A stretch of DNA of 64,000 bases from contig OX597833.1 of the NCBI GenBank assembly GCA_951406725.2, positions 9,548,001 to 9,612,000 of the forward strand. Reading direction: 5' to 3'. Both the position numbers and the translations under genes were made by a program. The DNA is from Octopus vulgaris. Taxonomy: Eukaryota. Shown piece after piece: positions 13,558-27,316 of this stretch. Below the pieces are notes generated by a model. It was not told the origin of the DNA, did no database searches, and saw only the letters and a list, made by a program, of their open reading frames with translations. Each line of letters opens with the position of its first letter. Within the stretch, counting starts at the first letter, position 1.

Positions 13558-14404
13558 GGCATAGTTTCGGTTGTAGTAGCACAGATTTCCGTCGATTTCC
13601 GTAAAAAACTTTTATTTTTTTACATAAGTAATGAGAGCGAAAGAGACTAAGAGGAAGCGATTTTACGACGAGAAGGTTTCACTTTGAAATCGGCCTGTGT
13701 GTGTTTGATGGGGTGTGGGAGACAGACAGTATGTTGTGTAAGTGAAGTGCTTCTGTTAGTGTGTGTGAAGAGACAGACATACATATACACATACACCGAG
13801 TAAAAAATTACTATGAATCGGCCATACATACATACATACACACACACACATACATAGATACATACACACACACACATACATACATACACACACACATACT
13901 TACACACACACACACACATAGATACATACACACACACACATACATACATACATACACACACACATACTTACACACACACACACATAGATACATACACACA
14001 CACATACATGCAGAGATACATATACACATACACCGAGTAAAAAATTACGATGAATCGGCCATACATACATACATACACACACACATACTTACACACACAC
14101 ACATACATAGATACATACACACACACACACATACATGCATACATACTTATACACATACACCGAGTAAAAAATCAGTTATCTCTCTCTTTCACTTCACACA
14201 CACTAACAGAAGCACTTCACTTACACAACATACTGTCTGTCTCCCACACCCCATCAAACACACACAGGCCGACTTCAAAGTGAAACCTTCTCGTCGTAAA
14301 ATCGCTTCCTCTTAGTCTCTTTCGCTCTCATTACTTATGTAAAAAAATAAAAGTTTTTTACGGAAATCGACGGAAATCTGATCTACGACATGCGAAACTT
14401 CGCC
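13558..14404. mobile_element. Fold-back/MITE-like element with about 190-bp near-perfect terminal inverted repeats and a microsatellite-rich interior
   Basis: 13582-13770 is the reverse complement of 14192-14380; an imperfect extension adds about 25 bp; the interior has three copies of atacaccgagtaaaaaat. Confidence 0.85.
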
Positions 14405-14463
14405 CCCCTGGCATAGTTTTTTTAATTTGATAAATTCTACGGAAACAAACGAAGGTGCCCGAG

Positions 14464-14471
14464 TGACGTCA
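14464..14471. promoter_or_regulatory. Palindromic CRE/ATF site TGACGTCA at the start of a low-repeat segment
   Basis: Exact motif match; function not shown. Confidence 0.3.
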
Positions 14472-15249
14472 CACTTGTTTTACTTTCCTCCTGACCGCTA
14501 ATCTTCCTGGAATCTTTTCTGTTCCATTTGGAACTTTGATTTCTCTTCAATCTGGAAATATTTGTCTTGTTTTTTCACTGAAAATTGTTTATAAGTTTGT
14601 GCTTTTATGAATACATATTACTTAAAATGAATTTCGACGAGTAACGATTGTAAACAAACAGTTTTCTGTATATGAGAGAAGTGAATATGGACTGCCGTGA
14701 AAATATCCAAAAGTTAGTTTTTGTTTTTATTGATAAATCACTGAAATTGAAAGAATTGTGAAAGAAGTCAACAGAAGAATTTCCAGTCGTAAATTCTCGA
14801 AGTTGCTGTTTATCCTCCACCGAAAAAGTAAGAATTTATTAATATTATTGTCAAACCATTTATCTTCTTAAGTTTTGTGTCAATTATGATGTATAGGGAT
14901 AAATATATTGATTCTTAAACAAGAGACCTTTTTCTACCACTCATCTACACACACACCTTTAAAAATAAGTCTATTACTTCAAATGTTAATGGTTTCTGTT
15001 AAGACTCAGCAATTTTTAAACGAGTTCTTGACTAGCATTTGGTTTGTCAACTTTTAAAATAACTTTCAGTTCTTTAGACATTCACATGATTAACAAGGCT
15101 AACGTGGGGTGGCTAGAAATAGCAGTCAAATTACTCTCAGATCCATACAAGATCATGCAATTGTTCAGTCTTGGAGCCCAATAACAAATCAACTTAGTTG
15201 TTTATGAAAGAAGTCGATATTTAGAGAGTGAAAACGTGTTTTTCTCTCT

Positions 15250-15354
15250 TTTTTGCTGGAGCACCGACTTTGGTCGAGCAAATCGACCCCAGGACTTATT
15301 CTTTGTAAGCCTAGTACTTATTCTATCGGTCTCTATTGCCGTAAACACAACGCA

Positions 15355-15437
<83 letters not shown>

Positions 15438-15572
15438 GACGGGCTTCTTCAGTTTCCGTCTACCAAATCCACTCACAAGACTATAGTAGAAGATACTTGC
15501 CCAAGGTACCATGCAGTGGGATAGAACCCGGAACCATGTGGTTCGTAAGCAAGCTACTTACCACACAGCCAC
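15250..15572 (-). mobile_element. SINE family A, internally deleted
   Basis: Matches the reverse complement of 12675-13073. Confidence 0.8.
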
Positions 15573-16079
15573 TCATATATATACACATACACACGACTGG
15601 TTTTATTAATTTTCCAGGAGGGTGGACTGCTAAAAAATGCAGTGAAATCTGGATATGCTAGAAACAGCAGTCAAATCTCTTATATGGAAATTTTCATGTG
15701 TATGTGTGAGTGTGCGTGTGTGCTAGTCACCCACCCCCACATTCGCTTGACAACCGATGTCGGTGTGTTTATGTCGACGAAGCTGAGCGCCTTGGCAAAA
15801 AGTGACCGATGGAATAAGTACTAGGCTTACAAGGAATAAGTCCTGGGATCGATTTGTTTCGACTAAAGGCGGTGCTCCAGCATAGCCGCAGTCAACATGT
15901 GGGAAAAAAGTCAAAACTGAAGAAGTTGGGTGGGGAAAGGCGGGGACAAAGTTTCACAATGCCGATTTTTGGCAATTTTCCGAAAACGTGGATTTTTGGC
16001 AGACACAATTACGAATTAATTTACACCGAGGAAATACGGAACTATGGTGGCTGAAAATTGATGTCTGACTTTTCGCAAA

Positions 16080-16098
16080 GCATTGTGGGATTGTCGTC
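16080..16098 (-). promoter_or_regulatory. ZNF143/Staf-like (ACTACA-SBS) promoter motif
   Basis: The reverse complement GACGACAATCCCACAATGC resembles ACTACAnnTCCCAnAATGC; a GTAAGT donor follows at 16163. Confidence 0.5.
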
Positions 16099-16921
16099 TG
16101 TATGATTTGAATGGCGCGAGATTCAGTTTTTTATTGAATATTGGTCCTGCAGAGTGAAAGAAGTAAGTAAGAAATTATTATTAGACTGGAGAATGATACT
16201 CCACATCCCCATTAAGGACTTTTTCGTTTTCAATGTACTCGAGTGTTGTTGTTTATGTTATTGTTGTGAAGTGTGGTTGCATGTTCGAAATGTAATTAGA
16301 TAAGTTGTCAACAGACATTCTAACTGATTTGTCAGTCGAGAAGCATACAATCTCTCTATTTTTTAATTTGTTATGGCCTTTCTTAATTTTGGTGTCAAGA
16401 TCACGGGTCTTATTTTTTGTTCGTTTTTGTTTATGCCTTTGGGTGTAATTAGAGAAAGCTGACAGGAGTTTGGATTTAGTAAGGGTAAACTTTGCTGTAC
16501 TGGAACGAAAACAATTGCAGCATGGAAGGTGTTTATAAGCCATTTAAGAAACACACAAAAAGCGTTAGATTCACTTTAATATTTAAATTTAATTTGTCAA
16601 AATATTTTCGTTGTTTTGAGACTGCGACTTCACTGACAAAATTCCGTGCTGCATCTGAGAAAGTAACAGTTAGTTCATGATATATATGTACGTACGTATG
16701 TATGTATGTATATGTGTACATGTATGTGCGCATGCCTATACGCATGTATGTATGTACTTATGTACTTGTGAGTATTTAGGAGAAATAGACGTGTCTGTGT
16801 GTGTACATGTGTATGTACTTGCGAACGTATGTTTATGTAATATGTGTCAGTTCAATTTGTATACTTGACTGTTACCTTGCCACTCGCTATGCAAGTACAT
16901 CTCTTTCTCTCTCTCTCTCTT

Positions 16922-16964
<43 letters not shown>

Positions 16965-17943
16965 GCAGATTGTAACATAGATAAATATATAGACAGAAAT
17001 AGATAGTCAGAAGAATAGACATACCAACTACCAAACACCTAGAAAGATAGACTGCTTGATAGCTCGATAGATATATAGATAGATGCTTATGTTTTTTTAT
17101 TGCTACTCATCACTCATTTTGTCCATTTTATGTTTCTCACCTGTACTGCCCTTTGTAAAGAATTAGCAAACAGCTGTTTTGCAATAAAGGCTTGAATGGA
17201 TTGAGAGCCATATGATAAACTGGTGAAGGAAGCATGGATTTAAACTCTGCCTTATTAATTGCTCATTGGTGAAATAGCATAAAAAATATTGTTTATGGTT
17301 AAGATTTCTTAATCAATATCAGTTTCTATATTAGTGTATGCATCTTTAGTGAAATGATGATGAACTCTCTTACAATATGACTATGTGAATTGCTGAAATT
17401 ATGGTATATTGTAAATTTCACGAATATTTGAATGACAGGAAAGCTATCCTGTTTCCTAACATGCAGATTTATTTTTCCCAAGTCATTTGATTAATTGGTC
17501 ATGTTTGTAAAACAGGGGAATGCCTCAAATTTTAGAGGAAGTGGTTAATTGATTAAATTGATCTTATTACTTGACTTGCACTTTTTTTATCAACCATGAA
17601 AGGAAGAGAAACAAAGTTAGCCTCAACAGGATTTGAAACTAGAATATAAAGAGCTGGTAGAAATATTGGAAGGTATTTTGCCAACACTCTAACAATTGTG
17701 CCTCTCCACCATCTTAAGTTTAATAGAATAAAATCTGTGAATGAATTTTGATGAATTTCTTGTGTAGTTTTAATGAAAGTTGGTCTCACATTGCTTGCAT
17801 TTATATCTTTCCTGAGACATGTAAAAGTTTCCATTTGTATAATACTTGGCTGCTTGTCACTTCAAATAAAGAGTATTGAACTGATATTAAAGCCAAAATT
17901 TTCCTTTCGCTACTATTAGGATGTTTTTCATTTTTACTTTCAG

Positions 17944-18307
17944 GGTTAAAAAATGAATGATTACACTTATTGGTTTACATGCGAACTTTTGTTTATTTTA
18001 TATCCTTCTATATGTTGGATATGCAAATTTCACGAAGTGGGGATAGACACACTGTCTTCACACAACCTACTTCAGATTACTCCACTAAACACAATACTCT
18101 AATAAATAGAAACTCTGAACAATGTCAACAACTTCCATGAACTCCCAATGACTCTCTTTGTCTCAACCAATATGCTAATTTTTTTATAAGAGTTTTGCTA
18201 GTCCATTCTTCCAATCCCATAGGGGTGCCAATGACTCTCACCACAACAGTTTATACATGTATAATTTACTTTAAACAGTATCCCCATGCAAGAAGCTTCA
18301 CCTGTAT
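17944..18307 (+). other. Putative exon (non-coding or pseudogenic)
   Basis: Polypyrimidine acceptor ttttttactttcAG ending at 17943, donor GTAAGT at 18308; ATG-initiated frames stop within 50 codons. Confidence 0.35.
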
Positions 18308-18849
18308 GTAAGTACATAATTTTTTGTTAATTTAAGTTTTCTGTTAGTTAACCATAGCTGTTTGTAAATTGAACACCTGTTTCTCTGTGTATATTGAACA
18401 ATTTCCATAAGATATATATGTTTGCAAATGTAAAATATGTTTGTTTCCCAATGCCATGGTTTAGGGTCTAGTTCTACTGTGTGGCATTTTGGGCAAGAGT
18501 CTTCGACTATAGGTAGGGATCAACAAATGCATTTTTAGTGAAAGTGGTTGATGGGAACTATATGAAGCTTATTGCATGTGTGTGTATACACCATATCAAT
18601 TATGTGATGCATGTTATAGGTAACTGTTGACAAAAAGTGCAAAATACTCATTGAAAAATCAAAATAATTTAGAGTAATGTCAAGAAGGGATGTGGAATGG
18701 ATAGTGAAAGGTCTGGCTTGGAAGGTGTCCCACAGTATTGCAGCCTGGGCCTATGTGTCATCTTGCTACTGCAAGAGAGTACAGACCATTGAATGTTTGT
18801 GAAATATTGGCATCTAAGATTATGAACTCTTTGGATTTACTGATTACCT

Positions 18850-19120
18850 TGATGTCAGTGAGATTGCCATTGTCAAACAAGAGATTTGTTACCTTAGTAA
18901 GTGTCTACCCTCCAACCATGTGTTCCTCTGAAGAGAAAAAAAAGACTAATATTTTATCTTTCATGAAAAAAGCTTCTATGCAGTGTTCTTTCTGCTTATA
19001 AAATCTTCATATTTGGTGATTTCAATGAAAGCATTTGCAGAGATAAAAAAGTTTGGGATATAATTGGGAAACATGAAGCCAGAAAATGCAATAATAATGG
19101 CTTGTTTAGTACTGCAAGTG
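18850..19120 (+). pseudogene. RTE-like LINE APE endonuclease fragment
   Basis: LMSVRLPLSNKRFVTLVSVYPPT, then (frameshifted) FGDFN and IIGKH...CNNNGL motifs. Confidence 0.75.
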
Positions 19121-19510
19121 TGTTCGATTTTTGCATATACTGGGTAACTGTCAATCTCCTAGTGTGGAGCATGCTGTATTTGAGCACCAAATATGTGGGA
19201 GTATTTATGTCATCAAGATGAAAGGCAATTAGGTCTCATTAATTTCTGTTTGGTGAGTTGGCCCTGAGGAAAAATCTAGGCAACAAATTGAAATTAAGGC
19301 ATGAAAGTCATTAGAGACACTTAGAGGATCTAGATCAAATTAGAGAAAGTGAAAACATCACAAAGTTTTTGATGGAAAAAATTGGTTCATGTTGGAATGA
19401 GTGAATTTGAATGAATGTCAATAAAATCTTAGTGTGCATGAAAAGCTTGAGAGAGATTTTTGAAAAGGTCTTAATATTAATGTTTCCATTGTGTTTTGCT
19501 TCAAAAACTA

Positions 19511-20720
19511 CATAGACATGACAGAATTAAATAGACATCCTTATAATTGTTAAAATTTATTTAAGTTATTTATTAATTATTATAATGTGAATATCTAATA
19601 TTTAGTAGACAGGCTCCTTGCATTTTTGAATGCAAGGACCCTAGCAGGCATGCTACTGATCTGATGAATATTTCTTCATGATTTTCTTGCCAAGTTTCTT
19701 GCAGTAATATCAAAAGATCTGGCTTTAAGGATGCTTTCTTTTTCTTTTTAGGAAGTATCCCATCCATCATGTCTCAGAGGTGTTCAGTAGGGTTCATATC
19801 TGGTGATTGGCTTAGCTATGGAAGCTTTTTAATGCCATTCTCTTCCAACCAATCCTGGGTCTTTTAGTTGTGCAAGAAAGCCCTATCTTCCATAAATAGT
19901 GTTATTTAATCATTTTACCCCTGGATGTTATAGGAAGAAGATTTTTCTATAATATGGACACATTTATCTGAGTTTATGTATCCCTCACATTCCACCATTT
20001 CTGATTGACTATTGCTCCAAACTGCTCTCCAGACCATCACATGTTTCATTGTTGGCTGCAATATATTCACGTGAAAATATTGGTGACTGATTCTCCAGAC
20101 CCACATTCGACCAGTGTCAGAAAATACAGCAAATCTGGATTCATCAGAGAATTTGACAGTGTCCCAAAGTGCTAGTGACCTCTCTACCATCTCACTTGTC
20201 CAATCTTTTCTCCATTTGATATTGGCTGGTCGAAGCAGTGTCTTCTTTCTTGCTGCTCTGCCATAATAGCCAATTTTGCAGAGATAACTGACAGCTATTC
20301 TGGGACTGACATCAACTTATTCTGCTATATTGGAGGCCTTGCAATGAGGATTATCTTACACACTTCTCTTAAGAAAGCAAAGTGTTCTGTCAGAGGGCCT
20401 TAGTCTACCTGGGTAAGGTGATATGGACTACTTTCCCGTTTAGTGAATTGAAAAATTACCCTATTTACTGTAGAAAGTGGAATCACAATGTTTTCTGTGG
20501 TTTTAGGCTAAGTCAGCCTTGAAATAGGCACAGCATATGGCCTCTTTGTAAATTGGACATTTTTAAGGCTTCTTTTGTACATGGCATGATTAAACAGTTA
20601 CATATAGAACCTGAAACATATATAAATGTCAATTAATAAAAAAAATATAAACCTCTTCAAGTTATAATAACCATAAAACAATGTGTTAATGGGTATCTAT
20701 TTACTTTTGTCATGTTTGTG
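19511..20720 (-). mobile_element. Degenerate Tc1-family transposon with TIRs and TA target-site duplication
   Basis: FSDESRF, VMVW and SQSPDMNPTEH motifs; TIRs CATAGACATGACAGAATTAAATAGACATCC and CACAAACATGACAAAAGTAAATAGATACCC, each flanked by TA. Confidence 0.88.
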
Positions 20721-22344
20721 TACAAATGTATCATTTGTTACAACTGCACTTTGAAAGAAAAAGAAAACCTTTAGTAGAAAATTAGCATTAGCTACGACAA
20801 CGTTACCCAACTATTAAATCTTATATTTTTCAAACTCATGCTAGGATGGAAAAATGAACGTAGGTATGAGACTTATTTTTACACATGTATTGATGCATAT
20901 AAAACATGAAATTATGTTGTCTACATACTTAAATACTTGCAATTAATTCATTGTAAGAACATAGAATTTTGACAGGTTTTCTTGAGTTGTTGCTCATCTA
21001 CAATAATCTGATAAGTTTGAGGTTATTGTTGGTTGCATAAGATTGTCATTGAATTTTCTCTCGACAGAAATATCTAATCATTTTATCCATACTAGCATGG
21101 GTTGTGTGTGTCATGTTGATATCTGTTTCAGTTTAATTCCCTCTGCAATAGTTTCTTTTTTTGTGTTTATGCAATATGGTACTTTCATAAAATACAGTCG
21201 TCTCTTGCCTTACACAGTATTGTTTCTTAGTTTCACTTTAGCACAATTTTGCTCATTTTCCTCTATTTCTTTCTTTTTGTTTTTGTTTTTACAAATATAG
21301 AAGTAGTAATTGCTTCAGTTTCTCATTATATTTTGTTAAATATTTTTGAATTTGAAATATTAAAATTGATTTCACTGGAAATGAAAATTCAATGTATAAA
21401 ATTAACTTTAAACTAGATGTTCAGCATAAAATGCAAAAGTTTTACAAAAAGAATTGTCCTCATCATCATCATCATCATTTAATGTCCATTATCTATGCTG
21501 GCTTGGGTTGGACAGTTTCATCAGAGCTGGTAAGCTGAGGGTCTGCAGCAGACTCCAGTCTGATTTGTCATTGTTTCTATGGCTGGATGCCCTTCTTAAC
21601 ATCAAGCACTCCATGAGTGTTGTGGGCAGGGGTTGTGAAAAAATTAATTGATGGGAAATTAATTACAATATATTGTCTTCTAAGGCACGGCATGTCATGA
21701 AAGGTGTCAGTCATTAGTCATTGCCTTTATAAGTTCCAACAGTCAAAGATCATGCATTACCACCTTGTCCAATGCCTTCTTATGTCTACTTCTTCTGCCA
21801 TGTAGCATAGTTGTCTGCACAGGTATAATAAATCTGGCTTTCACTCTGAAGGAGAGACCCTTAGTTACTAAACAGAGGAAGGAGCTCTCTGAATTTGCTC
21901 AGCCTATTTTTATTCTTGCAGCCTCACTCTTGGTTCATCCACCTCTGCTACTGACTTTGTTGCTCAACAATCTTTATCGTACTCCTCTGGTATTTGATGA
22001 AGCCCATTTTCTGTACACTTTTAGTGTTTACTGTACATGTGCACCTTCCACATGCAAAAAATATTTTCCCAGTTTACCTTCCTCTGATATTGCTACACCT
22101 ATTATGTGTTATACAGAGTACATCTACCTACCTGTTTCCTTCATATTGAGGATGGCCATGTACCTGAAGGGCTTTACGATTTATCTGTTTTCCTACTTAC
22201 TAAGACTTTGTGTTAGGGTTGGGTAGGTTAATTCTGTGACCTTTCAATTCTAGACCTTGCTTCCGTACGCACAATTTGTTCTCTAGTTCTGGTAGTGATT
22301 TAGCTATAAGAAGAAGCTCATTAGTAAATAAGTGTGAAAACTCT

Positions 22345-22510
22345 TTGCTTTCACAAACACTTTATGTACACTGATTGAAGCAATGAAAAAAAGGTCCTCG
22401 GTATACCTGAAACGTGAAGGAAAATATTTGGATAATGAAACGAATAATGTATGGCTAATTGAATGTAATGTAATAAATGATAATATATGAGTGTTCAGTT
22501 GTCATCCTCT
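22345..22510 (+). repeat. Direct repeat 1 (about 165 bp), paralogous to 24100-24260
   Basis: tttgctttcac...gtatacctgaaa.gtgaagg...aattgaatgtaatgtaataaat...agttgt.atcct is present in both copies. Confidence 0.8.
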
Positions 22511-22959
22511 ATGCCCTCCCCAATTCCTTTGAGAGAAGCAAAGAAGACTAATAATATGTATTAAATGATTAACAAAAATAATAATTAGTGCAAGAGACCC
22601 TTAATCAATATTGACGGTGTGACGATGAAGGAGCAACGTGTCAGTTGTGCATCAGGCTTTTGTGTCAGTCTTTGCGAGTCTGGCAGAGTGACAAACAGGA
22701 CAATTGCTGGATGGAGGATAAACTGCATCAGGCAAGGGTCACTTTTGGAAAGCAGGGGTTTCAAGGGGTGTTGGGGTATGACCACTTGTGGTAAAGGTGG
22801 GGTAAGTTGGCGTGGCTCTGTGGGTAGGCGGTGAGATGCTTTTCTGGTCATGGTAATTTTGGAATCGGGAAGTGGGCATTGGTGTTGCAGCTGCATGAGG
22901 TGCTGTTAAAGTCGGTTGAGAAGGTAGTCTCATCACTGGTGTTGGCGTAGGGAACGCAT

Positions 22960-24070
22960 GTGGTCCAGACACCATGAGCAGTGGGCCATGGGGAAGAAGC
23001 AGTAGATACTTCCAGAGGAATTTTGTTGCACAGTGTGACTTGGCCTGATCCATCCACTCTCAACATGTACAGATCGAAATGACGTACATCTAAATGGCAC
23101 CAGTTTTCCCCCATTTGTAGGATTGGGTCAAACTTGGCTCTGGATTAGGACATAGTTCGAAAGAAGTGAGCATGTGTGTTTTGACAACCGTTCAGTAGCA
23201 CTCATGTTGTGTTTACGCAGGTCTTCTTTTCAATAAGTCATAGTTTCATGCCATGTGGAATGTAGCTTGTACTTGCCGGGATGGATGGGAATAAAGTATT
23301 GTATAGGGCTGCCAAAGATGCACATGGCTGGGGACAAGTGTGTGTCCCAGTCAGGTGTATTTCTTTATTGTAGCATTGTGCACTGGAAACTGTCAGTGTT
23401 AAGGAAGCCATTGGTGTCAGTGTTGTCTGTAACGAGGCCCTTTATTGTCTCAATACCGACTTTGGCGCGGCAGTTGTCATGGGGAAATGCAATGGCGGTG
23501 ATTCTCCCCAATTGTGGAAGAAGGTACAATGTCAGCTCATAGCTGATAGGGCAGTGTTAAGTGCCTGTGCGCCATTCGATGCTCCTTTAAGATGGTTTTC
23601 CAGACCTGTTAGGACATACCACCATTGTCTGTCACCAATTGACAGATGTACCAATGGGAATAGGCTTGATAACTCCAAGTGGAACATTCCGGTCGAGACC
23701 TGCTTTTACTTCCTCTTGCCAATGAACCAGGACGGGTATGGGCGTATGGTGGGCGACTGGTTTAGCATTAAGCGGATCGGTTGGTCAGACATCTTGGAGA
23801 ATTGCCGATGGTTGCAGACGTTGAATGTGCTGGAGCTGTAGTATTGTAGCAGCTACTTCCTCAGGCGACAACGTTTTTCCTCAGTGGCTGGGAATGGTAG
23901 TGTAGTTGGAGGAGGGGGTTGTATTTGTTGTAGGTGGCAGGTGCATACATTCTGTGTCATTGTTGCAGATGATCGATGAGGCTTGTCAGTATTCTCTCCC
24001 ATGGATTGTTTACAGGCCAACTCATGGCACAATCAGGTGCAGGACAGGGTACGTTGGTCATACTGACTCA
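22960..24070 (-). pseudogene. Gypsy-like LTR retrotransposon pol remnant (integrase region)
   Basis: Fragments [22 protein letters not shown], and RVDGSGQVTLCN resemble Gypsy integrase motifs; many stops and frameshifts. Confidence 0.65.
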
Positions 24071-24099
24071 TTTTTTGTCATAAATAAGTCTGACAACTG

Positions 24100-24260
24100 T
24101 TTGCTTTCACCAATATTTTACGCAGTCTGAAGCAATGAGTAAAGGGTCTTCAGTATACCTGAAATGTGAAGGGAAAGATGATGGATAATAAAATGAATAA
24201 TATATGGCGAATTGAATGTAATGTAATAAATTGTAATATATGTGTGTTTAGTTGTAATCC
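24100..24260 (+). repeat. Direct repeat 2 (about 165 bp)
   Basis: Diverged copy of 22345-22510. Confidence 0.8.
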
Positions 24261-25390
24261 TGTAATCAGCATAGAGGAGTTGCTAGGGTCTGCCTGTTTT
24301 ATATTTATCTGTTATTACCTGAATGATTATGATACCAACAAAAGTCAAGTACATAGGTTTATACTTGGTTAGGTACTTCTCCTGGGGTTTCTTACCAGAA
24401 ATATATCATGACTGGTGTTTCTTCCTGATACAAAACCAAATTGCATCTCATCTAGATTAAGTCTTTTCCTAATAAGTTGGGCTATGATCCTCTCCGTGAT
24501 TTTCATCATCTGAAGAAATTAGTGCCAGTGCAAGCACTTTATTTTTAAAGCACACATCAGGCATATGTTAACATATTAGCAATGAGAAAGCGCTCTAATC
24601 GATGTCTACCTATATACATACATATATGCAGGGTAGCCATGTACTTTCTCTACAGCGACACACCTCTGCCTGTCTCTCTATCATACTACAGGTTAGGATG
24701 AAGCCACCTCTCTCACTACTAGCAGTCCACTCATCCTTGAAATTTACTTTTTAATTTTACTAGTGTCAGTGTTACCAAAACTTTTCTCAGACATAGAAAC
24801 CATGTGAAAACAGACATTAGATGTACGTGTAGTAATTCATCTCAGATAGTGTGAAATAGTCCAACCCATGACAACATGAAAAACGAATGTTAAATGATGA
24901 TGACACACATACACGTTAATTGTATTTCTTATATTAATTTCAATAATTAATTTGTTTCTATTTATAAATAAAAACAATTGATTTCGCATCAGAATGATTA
25001 GTTTGATGACTTGTGGAAGCAATGTACTGTGTAAATGTAAGGACAACTGTATTTATTAAACAAGTGTATATCATGATTCGACACAGATAAAACTTGACTT
25101 TCAAATGTTGGTTGATATTTTGCTTGTTGTTTGCATATCATGCCTTGTATTATAGATCCCAAATGGCCAAAGGTAAGTGGTCTTTCTTATTTTGGTGTGG
25201 GTTTACTGTTAGGATTGGTTTTCAGAGTTTAGTCTATATTAGGGTCAGCTTGAGGATTTGTGAAGGGTTTTTAGAGAGAATAGTCAAGTAAGAGATCAAA
25301 GTTTGAACTAGAGGTTGGGATTTGGGGTGATGAGGAGAGTAGAGATTGAACAGGTTTATTTATAGTGTTGATGACTGTTTTATATCGGGT

Positions 25391-25860
25391 TTAGCATTGA
25401 AAAGCAGGGATGGGGGCTGGGTGCTTGGATAAGATGCGGATGTCAGGTTGATCCAAGTTATCTCCATGGTGGTCTTTAGCATGTTGGTAGAGTATAGAAG
25501 ACTGTTTTCTGTCGTCAAGTTGTCTTAAATGTTCATTTATCTGTTCCGCAATGCTCTTAGACGTCTCCTCTATGTACATCATGTTCATGTCCTTACAAGC
25601 ACCTTCTATGCATCTTATATTGTAAACTACATTTCGAGTTCTACAGTTAATACCAGGGCTAATTCTACATGCCATGCAGTTATCAATTGTGCATATGGTA
25701 TTCTTAAACGGGCATGTCCTTCATAATTGTGACCTGACGGAGTTCCTTGGCTTTTCAACAATTTTAATGTTGAGTTTGGTCTCTTTCAGAGCTTTTCTAA
25801 ATCTACGGGCTAGTTCTCCATGGGCTCTGGCCTCTACTAATATCACTCCTTGAATTTTTA
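25391..25860 (-). pseudogene. Penelope-like element GIY-YIG endonuclease remnant
   Basis: CRTRNVVYNIRC..C....YIEETSKSIAEQINEH...SILYQHAKDHH, preceded by a Cys-containing linker. Confidence 0.85.
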
Positions 25861-25964
25861 CTGGTGAGTGTGTATTTAATAATAAGGCACTAAAAGAGAA
25901 AGACTATCCCCAGACACAACAGAATATACACTGTTTTCGCTAATTACTCTTTCACTCACTTTTG

Positions 25965-26379
25965 CTACTTTCAGTTATTTGACTGCGGCCATGTTGGAGC
26001 ACCGCCTTCAGTCAAAGAAATAGAGCCCAGGACCTATTCTCTTTTGCCGAACCGTTCAGTTACGGTTGCGTGAAAACAGCAGCATCGTTTGTCAAGCACT
26101 GTTCGATGGATAAAGAGGCATACAAACGTATATGTATATATATATATGTATGTATGTATATATATATATATGTATGTATGTATGTATATATATATATATA
26201 TATATGTATACACACACGATGGGCTTCATTTAGTTTCCGTCTACGAAATCTATTCACAAGGCTTTGGTCACCCCGAGGCTATAGTTGAAGACACTTGTCC
26301 AAGGTTCCACGCAGTGGGACTGAACCCAGAACACAGTGGTTCGTAAGCAAGCTACTTATCACAAAGCCGCTCCTACGCC
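25965..26379 (-). mobile_element. SINE family A
   Basis: Reverse complement of the family A consensus. Confidence 0.8.
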
Positions 26380-26384
26380 TAGCA

Positions 26385-26425
<41 letters not shown>

Positions 26426-26426
<1 letters not shown>

Positions 26427-26530
26427 CTATTTATAAAACTGAAATGCGAAAAGTTTGTTTGTTTGTTTGTCTGGAACGGTTTAAAGACCACTACATCCCG
26501 TCGGATTGACTCCAAAATTTACCGTTCGTG
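26426..26530 (+). mobile_element. Helitron-like 5' end fragment
   Basis: TCtatttataaaactgaaatg..(gttt)n..ccgtcggattgactccaaaattt. Confidence 0.4.
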
Positions 26531-27069
26531 ATCAATCATTCTCACAGAAATGCGTGCACAAACAGACACAGAATGTCATGGTTTAAAGGTCAACATGTTT
26601 AAAACATAAATAGCTACGAGTTTGTGTATATGCATGTATCTATGTGCATGAGTGCGGACGTGTTTTCAGAATGTCTCAGTTTTAAAGTCAACATATTTAA
26701 AACATAAATAGGTACGAGATTGCGTCTTTGCATGTATCTATATTCGTGGGTGTGGACGTGTGAGTGTTTGTGCGTGTGTGAGCACAGTCCACCTATACCC
26801 AAGCTGGTTGCATGTCTCATAAGAACCAGCCGTGAAAGTTCCGGACCACATTAATGAACTCATTTGCATACAAACAATTAGGTCTCGCCTTGAACTTGTC
26901 CGGTTAACAAACAGTAGTGTCTGAATGGGAATTAGCTTGCTTACCTAACAAATGTTTCGAGTTCAGTCCCACTGGGTGGCATGTTGGGCAAATGTCTTCT
27001 ACTATAGTCTCGGGCCGACCAAAGCCTTGTGAGTGGATTTGGGAGACGGAAACTAAAAGAAGTCTGTCG

Positions 27070-27108
<39 letters not shown>

Positions 27109-27280
27109 CAGTAAGAGTGGCTATGTAGCTTGCTTTCCAAACACGGTGTTTCTGGTTCTGTCCAACTACGTGGCCCCATGGGCAAGTGTCTTCCAATATA
27201 GCCACGGACAGACCAACGTTTCTGAGTAGATTTGGTACACCGAAACAGAAAGTAGCCCGTGGTATATAGATAGGTTGTTG

Positions 27281-27316
<36 letters not shown>

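Noticed and set aside
21765-22226. 153-aa ORF
   Set aside because: Non-ATG start, no recognisable domain, lies in decayed repeat sequence.
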